From assembly GCA_025786725.1 (NCBI GenBank), contig JAHLTZ010000007.1, forward strand, positions 744,001 through 808,000: 64,000 bases of DNA, read 5' to 3'. Source of the stretch: Syncephalis fuscata S228 (Eukaryota > Fungi > Zoopagomycota). Shown piece by piece: positions 1 through 12,600 of this stretch. How positions within the stretch are numbered: position 1 is the stretch's first letter; the number at the start of each line of letters is the position of its first letter. The notes below the pieces were generated by a model that saw only the letters and a program-made list of their open reading frames with translations, did no database searches and was not told where the DNA came from. The position numbers were made by a program, and so were the translations under genes.

Positions 1-3000
1 TTCCTCTTCTTCTTTACTTTCGCTGTCATTATCGTGTTGTTTTTGCTTTTGCATTCGCATTTGTAATAATAAATTGAAATCAAGCAATTCATGCTCTTCA
101 CCTGTTGCAGTGCCGGTTACTTGTTCTCGAAGTGCCGCTAATGCTGCAGTAACGCATACATTCTTTAAATCAGAGCCAGAGTACAATGGCGTCTTATGAG
201 CCAATGCAGCAGTTGTAACACCTTCTCCAAGCTGTTCATTCACCAAATGTTTATCAAGAATCCGTTGTCGATCATGAACAGATGGCAGATCCACTATAAT
301 AGATATTAATACAACACAAATACTTGTGCACTCACTTACCTAGTATTCTACGTGGCATGCGTCGTAGTACAGCATCATCAAGATCAAATGGCCTATTCGT
401 TGCACATAACACAGTGATACCACGATTATCTACCCCTGAACGCAATCCATCCCATTCAGCCATGAATTGATTGACTGTTTCTCGTTTCCCTGAACTAACA
501 CCATCTGAGCCTCGAGAATTAAATAGTGCATCCACTTCATCAATGAAAATAACACAAGGTGACATTTTACGGGCCATTGAAAAGATAGCTTGAACGTTCT
601 TTTCACTTTCGCCGACATATTTATCGTAAATATCGGATCCTTTAATTTCCAACATGGTGGCACCACTCTCGGCGGCCACTGCTTTGGCCAGTAGTGTTTT
701 ACCAGTACCGGGTGGTCCAAATAGCAGAATACCAGTCAATGCATGATCCGAGAGTACACCATGTGCGAAATGATTTGGATATAAAAGTGGCAGAGATATA
801 AGTGTTTGTAATGCACGAATGGTGCTAGAAGCGGCAATAACATTTTTAAAAGATCCTTTCATGCTGCCTAATAATAAATAAAACGTATTAATAATCTAAA
901 TAACAATGACATTATCAATAACTTACCTGGATCAACTAAACAATTAAGTAAGCGTCGTTCATATGTATTAAACTTTGCCCGTTGTAATTGCTGTGCATGT
1001 CGCTGTGAGGCTAATGTTTGCCATAGCCCTTTATCTTCAGCTTCCTCCTCATCAGTTGTAAACAGATCACTATCAAATATACTATTCTGAAGATCGGGAC
1101 AAACAATGTCACTTATCGCTTTACTAACATGTTTATCTGTCACAAGTAATTGATCCGTTTTACTACTGGTATTAGTATCTGTTAGTGATTGTCGTTGCTG
1201 TTGTTGAGCCAGCCCCACAGCTGTATTAATAACACGCGTTGTATAATCATATGGCCAAATCTCTCCCATAAGATAGTCTGTCAGATCTTCAACGTTATCC
1301 AATGCAGATAAAACACCACGTTTACGTAACATTCGTTGCATATTACGAATATTAAGTCGTTTAATTCGCTGGAAGTGTATTTTTGTCAATTGTTCTTCAT
1401 TTAGTACAGCAGCTGTCGTTGTTGCTGTTGTTGAATCTGCTATTTCTTCAACAGTTAAAGGCACTGATACTTTTGGCATTGGTACCCGTACTGGTATAAA
1501 GGCATCCCATATGCCAGGATGGCCGTTAAGTGGTGCAGATAAGTCGAAATGGGCTGGAAATGTTAACGAGTCACCACAAGAGACTACCAAAGCCACTTGA
1601 ACACCATCACGTCGAGCATATTGAATGGCTCTCAAGATAGCAAATAAAGCAATTTGACCAACATAAGTACAGCTTAAATCAATCGCCTCTGTAACATGAA
1701 TCAGCAATGGCTTGGGCGTTGGTGTATCTTGCGCTGATTTAGAGGCCAATTTCGTAAATAGTTGATGAAATGTTGCAGTCATTCTATCCTCTAAATGGAT
1801 TTACGTAAATTTAATTTTCTACTTATTTGAGTAATTAAATCATCCATTTTTGGTGTCAATGATGGAATACTAACACGTGTTGTTGTTAATGGATTATCTA
1901 GTAGCTGTTCATGATACTGTTCAGCATCTTTGAAGAAATAAGGTGAATAATAAGGTGTCGGATTAATTGCATGTCTATTATCAATAGTCGTCCTTTTACT
2001 ATTCTCTTCTAGATACATTTCTTCGTCGTTATCTTCTTCCATTTCCTCATCTTCTCTTCCTCTTCCTCTTCATGCTCTTCTATTTCATCAGAGGTTTAGT
2101 AGAGGTTAATGCCGATATTCTATCGTCTATTGAAACAAGTCTATCATTATAGGCTCGTCGTGGATAAACCGGCCATTTCGTATCTAATCATTAGCCATTA
2201 GAACAATAGCTATTCATGTATATTAGGGTTGACATACCAGATAATGGTAATAATGGATCAAATAGTTCTTGTAGAGTCCATGCGTCTAATTGACATATAT
2301 TTGCATCTAGATCATAAGCTACTTTCTTACAATTTCTTGTAATAAAGATGATAGATTTCTTGCAAATGGTCTTAGTGCTATATGATCACGAACGGTATAC
2401 CAAGATGATGATTCCTTGTTTGTTGTTGATGCTGATACTTCAGAGCCGGTGCGTTGTCGTAAGGCTGCCTCTAGCATAAGCGTTAATTCTTTACAAAATG
2501 TATTCGATATAAGAGGTGAATCAGGAATTGGTGATGGATAATTGGCGGATTTACTAATAAAGCATTGTTGTATTACTTCTTCAGTAATAGGTAAAGCAAG
2601 TCGAGAGTAATCTTTATCGTGTGTACTAATATTGTATTGTAATGGATTAGTTAATAAATGGCTAGTATTTGTCGAGTGGTCATTATTGTCATTATTGTTA
2701 TTGTTGTCACTGCCACCAGAAGTAAGAATACGATAGCGTCGTCGTCGACCATTTAATCGAGGTTGATTTACTACTGAAATGGAGGATACATTTGATTCTG
2801 ATCGTGTTGTTCCATCCACCTTCACTGTAGATCTTCTTCATTTGCTTTATAAGTGTCATTAGAGTTAAGCGAGCTATTAAGCGCGATCATATAACGTTTG
2901 TATTGTTGTTCGTAGCAGTGGTGTTATATTCTCGTAGTACACTATTATATTTATGATAAGTAGCTGTATAACCATTTAGACCGCGTAGTCCTGGTGATCT

Positions 3001-3084
3001 CCAGCTAGTACGCGCTATACCACGTCGGGCTAGCCATATGAGTGTACCACAAGTATTTATATTATGTTTGCCTATCATTTTCAT
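1..3084 (-). CDS. Large AAA+ ATPase, MSP1/ATAD1/spastin-related; multi-exon, 3' end outside the window
   Basis: Walker A GPPGTGKT, Walker B IFIDE, pore loop KYVGE and SRH ATNRPFDLDDAVLRR in 332-862. Upstream ORFs (868-1782, 1791-2042, 2319-2825, 2887-3084) are joined by GT-AG introns or indels. The N-terminus is Arg-rich and presequence-like; the start is uncertain. Confidence 0.85.
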
Positions 3085-3452
3085 AGCACAGTAGTAATAA
3101 AAATTATTTAAAACAATAAAATTGAATACATAAAGTGATCTGAATTCAAATACAAAATATAGCGTTATAACTTGATCGTCTAGTCATTGACTAATCGTGT
3201 AGTTGTAATAATAAATGTGTCAATAATAGTGTTCGTGTTCGTGTTAATAGTGGTGTCTACAACAGATATATATATAATAGTATTAAAACACACAATTGAC
3301 CTATAGAATGTGGGTCAAATAACTAAACATTTAGACTGAGAATAGATCAAAATGGTCTGCTACCCTCACAGTCCACGTGTGGTAGTCCCCCTCTTTCTTT
3401 CAACATCACTTGGGATCCTAGTTTGTGCTTCCCGAGCATAGCAACAATCGAG

Positions 3453-4447
3453 ATGTCGGTATGTATTTATTGCTATTGTAGATAACGGATGGATAGATAG
3501 ACAGATAGATGGAATAGTAAAGATGGATGAATGAACAGATGGATGGATGGATGTATATATGAATAGATAGATGGTGGGATAGTTGGATGGATGAATGGAT
3601 AGATAGGTATATAGTGTACTGCTGTTGGTTGAGTTTACCTAGAACGGTAGCAATTACCAATGACGCTATAACGATATACAATAAACAGCAACTACTACGT
3701 TCTATAGCTTTGTTATAGAGCGGTAATACAAGTAGTGCTGTAGACGGGAATTTTGTATGGGAGGCTTAGTATCAATAGCATCAAGTATACACGACTGACG
3801 AATAATGTTATTTTCTATTACACAGTCCCAACGTTTCGTCGAGGTCGGCCGTGTTGTTCTTGTGAACTACGGCCCAGATGCCGGCAAGCTTGCCGTGATT
3901 GTCGATATCATCGACCACAACCGCGTAAGTAACAGAAGTGATAAAGTGAAAGAACGGGCATATATATATATATTATATATATATATCTATAATATATATA
4001 TCTATACAGCTGTGCACGTTCAACGACACTGTAAAGTATTAAATCTAATGGATGGCTTTTGTCAATTCTATAGGTTCTTCTTGATGGCCCAACCACCGAT
4101 GTTCTTCGTCAAGCCATTGGTGTCAAGCGCATCACTTTGACTCCTCTGTTTTGAAGAAGTTGCCACGTGCCGTGCGCACCTCTACTCTACGCAAGGTTAT
4201 TGAGTCCCAGAAGCTTGCTGAGCAATGGGCTCAGACCGCATGGGCCAAGAAGATTTCCGCACGTGACACTCGCAAGTCATTGAGCGACTTTGATCGTTTC
4301 AAGGTTATGCGCTTTAAGAAGCAGGTAAGTTTTATTACAAATTGGCTATAATAATGTCAATATTAATATATTTGTATTGCTATTGTTACTATTTAGGTCC
4401 GCAACGTGGTTAACGTTGAGGTTGCCAAGCTTAAGAAGCAGAAATAA
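3453..4447 (+). CDS. RPL14: 60S ribosomal protein L14 (eL14)
   Basis: ATG TCG at 3453; introns 3459-3825, 3925-4073, 4325-4396. Spliced product [41 protein letters not shown]...[10 protein letters not shown]...KQK*. One base is missing near 4148 (probable assembly error). Confidence 0.97.
3487..3606. repeat. Degenerate (GGAT/AGAT)n tetranucleotide repeat in RPL14 intron 1
   Basis: Runs of ggat/agat visible directly; they explain the unusually long 367-nt intron. Confidence 0.85.
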
Positions 4448-4826
4448 GATGACATTATTACTTTCATCGCTTAAATGCATGTTCACGTTAAATGGTTTAC
4501 TTTTCCACATGACAATAAAATGCGTAAAAGCGTGTTTGTAGGCCACTGATCATAAAATACAATGATTGATAATAATAATATAATGACAATATATGATGAT
4601 TTTTTCCGTAAAAGTCGGAGTAACACTGAGCTAAACTGAACTATCTATAATTGATATATATACATATATGTATATATGTATATGGGTCTGAATGGGTCAA
4701 TAACTGCCTTTGGCAAATGGTATTTATTAATCCACGACAGACTTTGCAACAAGCCTTTACAAGTAATTTTTCGTTCTTTAGTCTTTCTTACTCTCATTTT
4801 CACTCTTGAGCATCTTTCTTGGCATT

Positions 4827-5745
4827 ATGAGTCTGGGTACATTGATTGTTAATTGCATTTCGATTGCCATTTCGGCTGGCGCTTGCTTGCTTTACTTTAA
4901 GCGGTGTCGAGATAGCAGAAGCATTCATTACGCGGCTTTGTTTATTATCTCCGTCAGTAAGTGTATCAAACCTTGCATGAAACTCTACGTAACATCGACG
5001 TTAGTATCATTGATTATCGCCATTGTGGGCGTGATTACTTCTAGGTGGATATGGCAAGCGGATATGGTATTGGAACTGGCGCGTGTGTTTATTGTTCTTC
5101 ACCTGGCCTATCTATGGTATGTATTAAAAGTAGCTTAAAGTTAAATCATATAGCGTATTAATCAGTGCTGTCAATTGATGTGATGTATAGGCTGGGTTCC
5201 ATGCACGAAGCGAACATTAAACCATCACCACTGGTGCTACAGCGCGCTACTATGGCACTGGTCTGTGTCTATGTAATTTTTGACATTCTCAATGCCATAC
5301 TTCACTTAAGAGTATTGACAGTTCTAGCGCTAATTGCGGCTCTCGTACAAACGGGATTGTGCGGCTATTTGTGGCACTGTTCTCGTGGAGAAGGTGTTGG
5401 ATTGGAGCGAAAGCGCACTGTAAGTGATAAATGGAAGTTGGAATAGAAGATGGCATTTTAATAATATTTGGAACTATTTAGCAAATGCTTCGACTTGTTC
5501 AATTATCGGCACTTTTCGTGCTTACTAGCATTTTTGGCCTTACGGCTATTGGATTCTTTTCAATTATATTCTTTTGGATCTGGGTAAGCCTTACGTTGTT
5601 CCCGTCCGATGCACTGCTCTACTATGGCGATAAGCCGGCGGCCTTTGAGAGTGGCGGTGAACGCTCTATTGCCGGAGGAAACATGACCATGACTACCAAC
5701 ATGACCATACCCCAGCCAGCACACACCAGTGAACGTATGGTTTGA
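4827..5745 (+). CDS. Multipass (~6-7 TM) membrane protein, local family copy 1
   Basis: Hydrophobic exons joined by introns 4957-5004, 5117-5190 and ~5420-5481; family motifs W-L-x-S-M, KRT|QMLRL and WIWVSLTLFP. Confidence 0.8.
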
Positions 5746-6641
5746 ACGAATATATGAATTATTGTTTATTAGTCGGTTGATTATAATAAATATGGCTATG
5801 ATGATTTGTTTAAAATTGCAATATCTGTGTTATTATACTACTTGTGATCAATGTAAAATACACATGTTCTATTTAATAAAGATAAAGAATGGATGATAAC
5901 AGGTTTTGTGATGCATCATAAATAATGGCTGTCATCGACGATTGAGCAAATTAATTGCCTTTGAAATGCTAAACCAGCTGTAGTTGTAACAACATTAATA
6001 TTAGTAACACAATGATGAAATAACATGTTCACTTAATAAAATACAATTTACAGTGCTATTATTTCATTTCATTTTACGTTTGATGACGATTACTCGTACA
6101 CAGTAAACGTATGATGGATGAATAATTCGAGTGTTATCAGTACTGTGGTGTGTAACCATGCCATCGATGCATCAGTCAAGTACACGCGTTGATAAAAGCT
6201 ACTATCGGATGGCATATTGTGACCAATCCTTGCCATTGACCATGCAGCAGGTACAAGCTAGCCTGTTGCTACTTTCAAAGCCATGTTTTGCACGTCATTC
6301 ATACTTTCTGCTTTGTAGTATTTGTATCCCGTCTATCGTCTTTTCTGAATTCTATGTTTTTATTGTCCGTATATAATACACCTTGCTAATATCCATTGAA
6401 CATTGCTACACACTTGTGTACCTGTTTATATATACTGATTTCCTTTGATTTGCATCCATCGGCTATTTAATCTAAGCCTTGTGGATCAGCCTTATCGTTG
6501 CTAAATTGTAATTACTATTACGGTGTACATTACTAAAATTCGACACCATCCAATACAGTTACTATTGTTTTATTATTCAAACAAAAAACTGATATACATA
6601 TTTACCGTTAATTATAGATAGAACAGCCAAACTATTTTATT

Positions 6642-7602
6642 ATGGCTATAGTTCATCAAGCTCATCAACGTCGACACAATTTGTACTTTGCGTCATACCA
6701 TGCGCTAGTAACATCTATAGTGGGATATATATACCTAATTACTACTATAATTGCTATTGGCATGTATGTTTGGCGCTGGCATAAATCACGTAGTAGTCAT
6801 TATTTGATACTTTGTGCGGCTTCTCTCATTGGTCTCATATCAAGTATACTTGTCGTCAGTATTGCAATACCACTAAGTCTAGTGACAATACTGGCTCTTT
6901 TGGTGTGCGTACTGCTAACCGTTCGCCTGACCAAGCTATGGGTGCATTCCATGCATAAATACATTCCTTCATCGCATTCTAATATTAGTGTACGTTTTTT
7001 AAACGTACTTTATATCGTATCTCCATTGTTGTATTTGATAATGTTTGCTCTAACAGTGACCGCACTTTCTGGTTTGCGCGTGCTACTTGGATCGCTGATC
7101 ACGTTAGTATTGATAACGGTTACAAATTTGACTTTATTATTTTATTGCGTTTGGTTGTGGCATACTTGCGATATGAGTGCCGTGGAAGAAATGAAGGTTA
7201 AGAAAAAGGTTGGTATCACCAGAATGCTTCTAATTCATTAGCTAACAATGGCGGTATTTTATAAAGCAACTGCTGCGTCTTATTATATTCAGTGGTCTTC
7301 AAACTGGCATGGCTATTGCAACGTCGCTTAACATTGATGTTGCCATTATTATTATTACATGGATATGGATTGGCTTAACGCTATTCCCGCAAGATATGCT
7401 ACTGCACTATCAGGCGTCGCCTGGAAATGTTGCTATGGGTTGCCCGCTTAACACAACAGAAACAGTACGCCACTCGGCTGAAAGCGAGATTCCCTCTCAG
7501 ACGACTCGAGTAACAAATGATAATACCAATATTACATCAATGGATACCAACCATGAAACATTAGCGATCGTTCCACAACCGCTTGCTTCAGGTACTGCTT
7601 AA
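6642..7602 (+). CDS. Multipass membrane protein, family copy 2
   Basis: ORF 6642-7241, intron ~7210-7266, last exon. Motifs WVHSM, KKK|QLLRL and WIWIGLTLFP match copy 1. Confidence 0.8.
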
Positions 7603-8714
7603 TCTGGCAATATTTCACAGGTTATTTTGTTAGCTATTGGAACTTTGCTTTACCATTGCTCAAGTCCTGTATAATGGTTTTCGTAATTCACCTTCATATC
7701 AATTTTCCATTAAAGATAATTATTAAATAGCAATAATGTTATTTAATTTTATTTGTTTACATTTAAACAATTTGTAATAGATATTTTAATTAAATAGTTG
7801 GATTTAATAAATAAGCAGGCACACTATAACCAAAACTATTATTCGGACTTACAAACGGCGGAGTAATAATTTAGTAAACCGCAAAGACAACAGTGGTAAT
7901 ACTAAATAGCCAGCTAGTTCTTTAATTAGCACTACAACCGCATGGCGCTATCTATATCAAGCAGCCATCCAGTCAACAACAACCGACTTATGCACTATGG
8001 TAATATACGGAGATTGTATTAGAATCGCCAAGAAATAAAGCGCTATGATTGGTGAGACCTGTTACATGTGTACGGCTTCAAAGGCACAAGGTGGCCATGG
8101 TTTTACAAACCAACTTCATTTTCTCGGATTGTCCTTTAATTATCTTCGCGGCCATAGTGTCATTCATTGCTGTTCTACCAATCTAATTGTTATGTGGTGA
8201 AGTTGACCAAGAACAGCCAGTTTCATCTCGCTTTATTGTGAAAGTAATAGAATTTAAATCAGGTAGGATGAAATGAACATGACAGAGTAATAGCCAGTGT
8301 ATAAAACTATTTCGCACATTGAAATTGCGACTTGGAACACTAAAGTGCATTGCTAGCGGGTGTATTAAATGGTATTTATATGACTGATGTTTGTTTATTG
8401 TTAGTGAATACAGCTGGAGTTGAGGTGGCACGCACAGACACCCGCTGTTGTTAGCTGATTTAAAATATATCTGCAATTGCATATTCTATTTTATTAGCAG
8501 TATACACTTAAACCTTTACTTATTCGCATACAAGTACTGCATAGCTGGCGTAGAAACGTTAAGCTGTAAAAATCGGGTAAGTGAATGATGAAAATACGCG
8601 ACATTTAATGAGGTTGCAACAACCGTAATTTTACAATGCTAATTTATAATTGTTGCTTGATCATCAATTGATCTAGTCAAGTTCTGGTTAACTTGCGCCG
8701 CTGGAATTACAATC

Positions 8715-9621
8715 ATGATTAAGATTGATATTCTGACGCTGAGTAGCCTGCTATTCAATATAATTGTTGGATTGGCTCATTTTTATCGAGCATGGGAAAC
8801 AAAGAATAAAGCGCACTGGGCATTGTTTTTTGTACACTTGGGTAAGATACGGTGTAATAGTCGTGATATGCACTAACACCTGTACACCCATCTAGCACTG
8901 GTGATAGTTTCCGTTTTAATCATCCTATTTAATGTGAGTCTTCTCTTTGTAGGGCCTGCCAGTGGCGTAATATGCGCACTGGTGGTATTGCGACTTTTAT
9001 CGAAATGGTAATTTGTTTGATCGATGCTAAACGTGGCTTTTACTAATTGCACTAATACAATGTAGGTTAAAATCCACCCAAGCAATCTACTCACAGCGAC
9101 AGTATAAAATCTACCGTGGAATTATTTATTTACTTTATGTCATCTATCCAATCTGCGGCATAATATGGTTTGTAAGTAACATGCTACCAACAATGAACAT
9201 GCCGATGCTCGAGGAATCATTTGAACTGTATTTTGTCGCTGTCTGTATCTTTGGTAGCGGCCAGGCAATACAAAGTGCATTTGGATTTTGGCTAATCAGT
9301 GGGCTTTCGTGCATGAGTGGCGGCAATATACAGCTTAAACGCAGGGTAGGTGCGCTGGTATGTCAGATGCTACTAATGCTAACAATTACTTGATAATATG
9401 GCCATTTAACAGCAAATTGCTCGGCTAACCGTTTTGTCTATTTTACTGATTCTGCCTAATATGAGCAACTTTGATCAGCTATATATTTCGCCAATAATCT
9501 GGCTGATTTGGTCCTGTATTGCATTATGGCCTCGCTCACTAACGGTATGAACATACCATTGGTTTTTGACACGTCTGTTGCCGGGGGAAGTAGTAGATTT
9601 GAGTGCGATGACTCTGTTTAA
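8715..9621 (+). CDS. Multipass membrane protein, family copy 3
   Basis: MIKIDILTLSSLLFNIIVGLAHFYRAW...; introns at ~8841, ~9008 and ~9346 in the same positions and phases as copy 1; KRR|QIARL. One-base shift near 9544. Confidence 0.7.
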
Positions 9622-9717
9622 AAACGAGGAAGATGAACGTTTAATTTATTAAAATACTTATATTTGTGCTTTTGCAGATTTGCATATTTAAAATAAAAAT
9701 ATTTTTACAGATAGTAG

Positions 9718-12600
9718 AATGTACACTTTTAGCGGCTGATAGAATATACACGTAATAAAGCATTCATGTCTACAATATTATAAAAACAAACAGCAGCCAT
9801 GACAGCATCGTTATAGTACTAGCCAATAAAATATTCGGCAGTATACTACCTCAAAAGTTATCGTTGAATGAGACGTATTTGGTAGATACAGATAACGACC
9901 ATAATTACCATGCATTTAACAGCTACAGTAGCATGTTTCACCTATAATCAAATAGACTACCTTAAAGGTTTTACTTTTCAATGTCGTGCAAATACGACCT
10001 CAATAAACAGTCGTAGCGTAGAGGCAATTTAACAAACGAAATTAAACCATCATTAATATGGTTGCTGGCTATATCGAGTATAATTACAATGTATACACGG
10101 CGCAATAAAAACTTATTAAGACTACGATTACACAAGTATTGATCAATGCTACTAACTCGAAACAACCAGTATATACTAAATTTCTTAAACATGCCGAAAT
10201 CACATTATCATGCTAATGGCTGTCGTGTTATCCGATATAATTACAAACGATTGTTGGGGCGTCACGTTGGTTATTTTGAATATGCACAATTACTGGTTTT
10301 TACCCAAGTATAGGGCAGTGACGATTTTCTTAAACGTGAGCTGGTGCGCAGTTTGCGTCCATTAGCGTGGTACTGTGTTTGAACGTAGAGATCAACACGC
10401 ACAACGGTGGCTCACGGTATATTGGCACGTGCTAGGCAGTTTAACGTTACCAACCTCTGTGTTTCATTTGCAATAGTGTTATACAAAAATGAATTTCCAT
10501 GTTCTATGACTTCTTTGGACCGTTATCATTCGAAAAAATGTTCTAAATTACACAAACTCCTTATCTTACATTGTAAAGGTAGTATTAATATCCAGAATTG
10601 ATATTTTGTTTTATCGCTATTAAATTTAAATTAGTCTAAAATAGCATGATTTATTATTACTGTTATTATATTAATTTATAACAATTAATGCGTATTTAAA
10701 TATCAGCAAAGCAAGTAGAAATAAAGATTGGGGCACAAATACGAGTGACGGCAAATATTGCCGTTTAACGAGAACATGTGGATTGCTTACAGTTAGAATG
10801 GGCCTAAACTCTAGGGACAATGTCTCGCTGGATTGCACATTTACGGAACATTGGCTAACAATAAAACAATGTTACACATTCTAGCAACACAATACAGGTA
10901 TACGTCGTATGCTAATGTGCGTGTTCCAGGTGTGTCGTTCATCGAGCTGGGTGCGTGCCAATTTGCCGCCTGGCTCTCTTTAGATGTTCTTTTTTGGTGT
11001 TTATGGCTTAAACGTAAAATAAGGATTTAAAAGCTTGGTGTTATAAAAGCTTAGGTCAACGGACGGTCTTTATCGCAATCACTACTCATAATTCGCGCTT
11101 CAATAGCTTAGTATTGCTCTCTACTACCCGGTGCACCTTTAGTTTGTGGTAGACAATATTTGCTGCTTTTTTTATTTTTGATAGTGTGCTATTACAGTTG
11201 CTAGCTCATATAGTATTGCGCACTTTTAACGACGCTTTCTACGAAATAACGTGATTTTTTATAATCAACTATATCACCATGACAATTGATTTCGGTTCAT
11301 CCGATGATTTTGTCCATGCTGCTAGCAGCAGAGGCAGCAGCAGCAGCTTTGGTTCAAGCTCCTCTTCTAATTCTGACATTAACAGTTTTATGGCTATGGC
11401 TGGAGCTGGATCTGGAGTTGGATCTGGGCCAGCTATACCTGATCCAGTAGGAGACATTATATTGCAATTATATTCTTTGGCTTTGGCTGTCTCCAATTTT
11501 GGCGCTATAGCCAGACAAACACCAAATACCATGCTATGATGGTCGGTGCTGCAGCGATTGGCGTGATTGGTTTTGGTATGAGCATTGGTGGCATATATAG
11601 CCTTGCTATTGTGCCAATACTTTATTCAGCACCAGTGCTTATTCTTTCCGGCTGGATGATTAAGCTTATTATTGCAAACTTAATGCTAGTATGGTAAGTT
11701 ATTTTTCCGTTTTGCTTTATTAATTATCACACATCCACTTAACACTATATTGATAATATAATAACATGTAACTAACTAAATTTGCACAACAGGGTCCGGT
11801 CTATGGGCAAGGCAATTGCCCAGCGGATTCAATTAATCCATCGCTTTGCTGTCGGTGGAATAGTTGCCTATAGCATTGGCAGTGCTTTGGTGATTAGTGG
11901 TTTGATTCTTTTTTATAATCTTACTAGTTTATCGTCGTTCCGTACAGCAGTTACTCTAGTGCGTCTTGGCTATGGTATAACCTTGACCTACAGTCTTCTT
12001 TTGACCGGTTTGTCTCTTTGGCAGTATGTGGAAACGCAAAATGATGGCGTCCCTGGATTGGGCTTTAAGCGTAGACAACTACTCGTAGTGGCTGCCCATT
12101 GTCTTTTGATATTCATATCTGATCTGTGTTATGTTCTTTTGGCCGCCACAGCCGGCCATGTTTTCAGTATTTTTGTTTTGGGCGTCGGTGTCTATACACG
12201 CAAAGCTTTGACAGGATTCGATGAAGAGCCTGATCTTACCAGCTGCATGCCAGCTATAATGCCTAACGCTGCCTACAATCAACAAACAGTAAACATGGCA
12301 AACAATCCTAACATGGTGTTCATCCAGCCTGTGCACATGGGACAGCCCAATACTTACCAACACCACGTTGGCACCGAAGAAGCTAACACATCCACCCCAG
12401 CTACTTATCCTAATGCTTAACCATTTAACGATAACCATTCCTTTGTGTCTAAAAAGTCAGCTTTAAATCAAAACCATTCTTTGCACTTTATCCACAGTAA
12501 TAGCTGATTTTGAGTCCATTTTTGGTATAGGTTAATAAAGTTTATTAACTTTGATTAAGACAAACGAATAAATAATGAAAATAACCATTTAACGTAAAAA
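9718..12600 (+). repeat. Arm 1 of an inverted segmental duplication (~2.9 kb)
   Basis: Reverse-complement similarity to ~20215-22877 along its length, e.g. tgtacacttttagcggctgatagaata vs revcomp of tattctatcaactgctaaaagtgtaca, and ctttgattaagacaaacgaata vs revcomp of tattcatttgttttaatcaaag. Confidence 0.9.
11279..12420 (+). CDS. Multipass membrane protein, family copy 4 (Ser/Gly-rich N-terminus, Pro/Gln-rich tail)
   Basis: Exon 1 11279-~11693 (one-base shift ~11533), intron splitting the Trp codon (W|VRSM), exon 2 with KRRQLL. Confidence 0.8.

Noticed and set aside
3418-3681. 87-aa minus-strand ORF (IYLSIHSSI...)
   Set aside because: Translation of the GGAT/AGAT repeat within RPL14 intron 1.
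3459-4073. Intronic snoRNA in the long RPL14 introns
   Set aside because: No convincing C/D or H/ACA box pair was seen; the length is explained by simple repeats. An Infernal scan would settle it.
4140-4160. Programmed frameshift or UGA recoding in RPL14 (TTT TGA)
   Set aside because: Adding one T restores CTT GTT TTG AAG, and similar one-base losses occur throughout the window.
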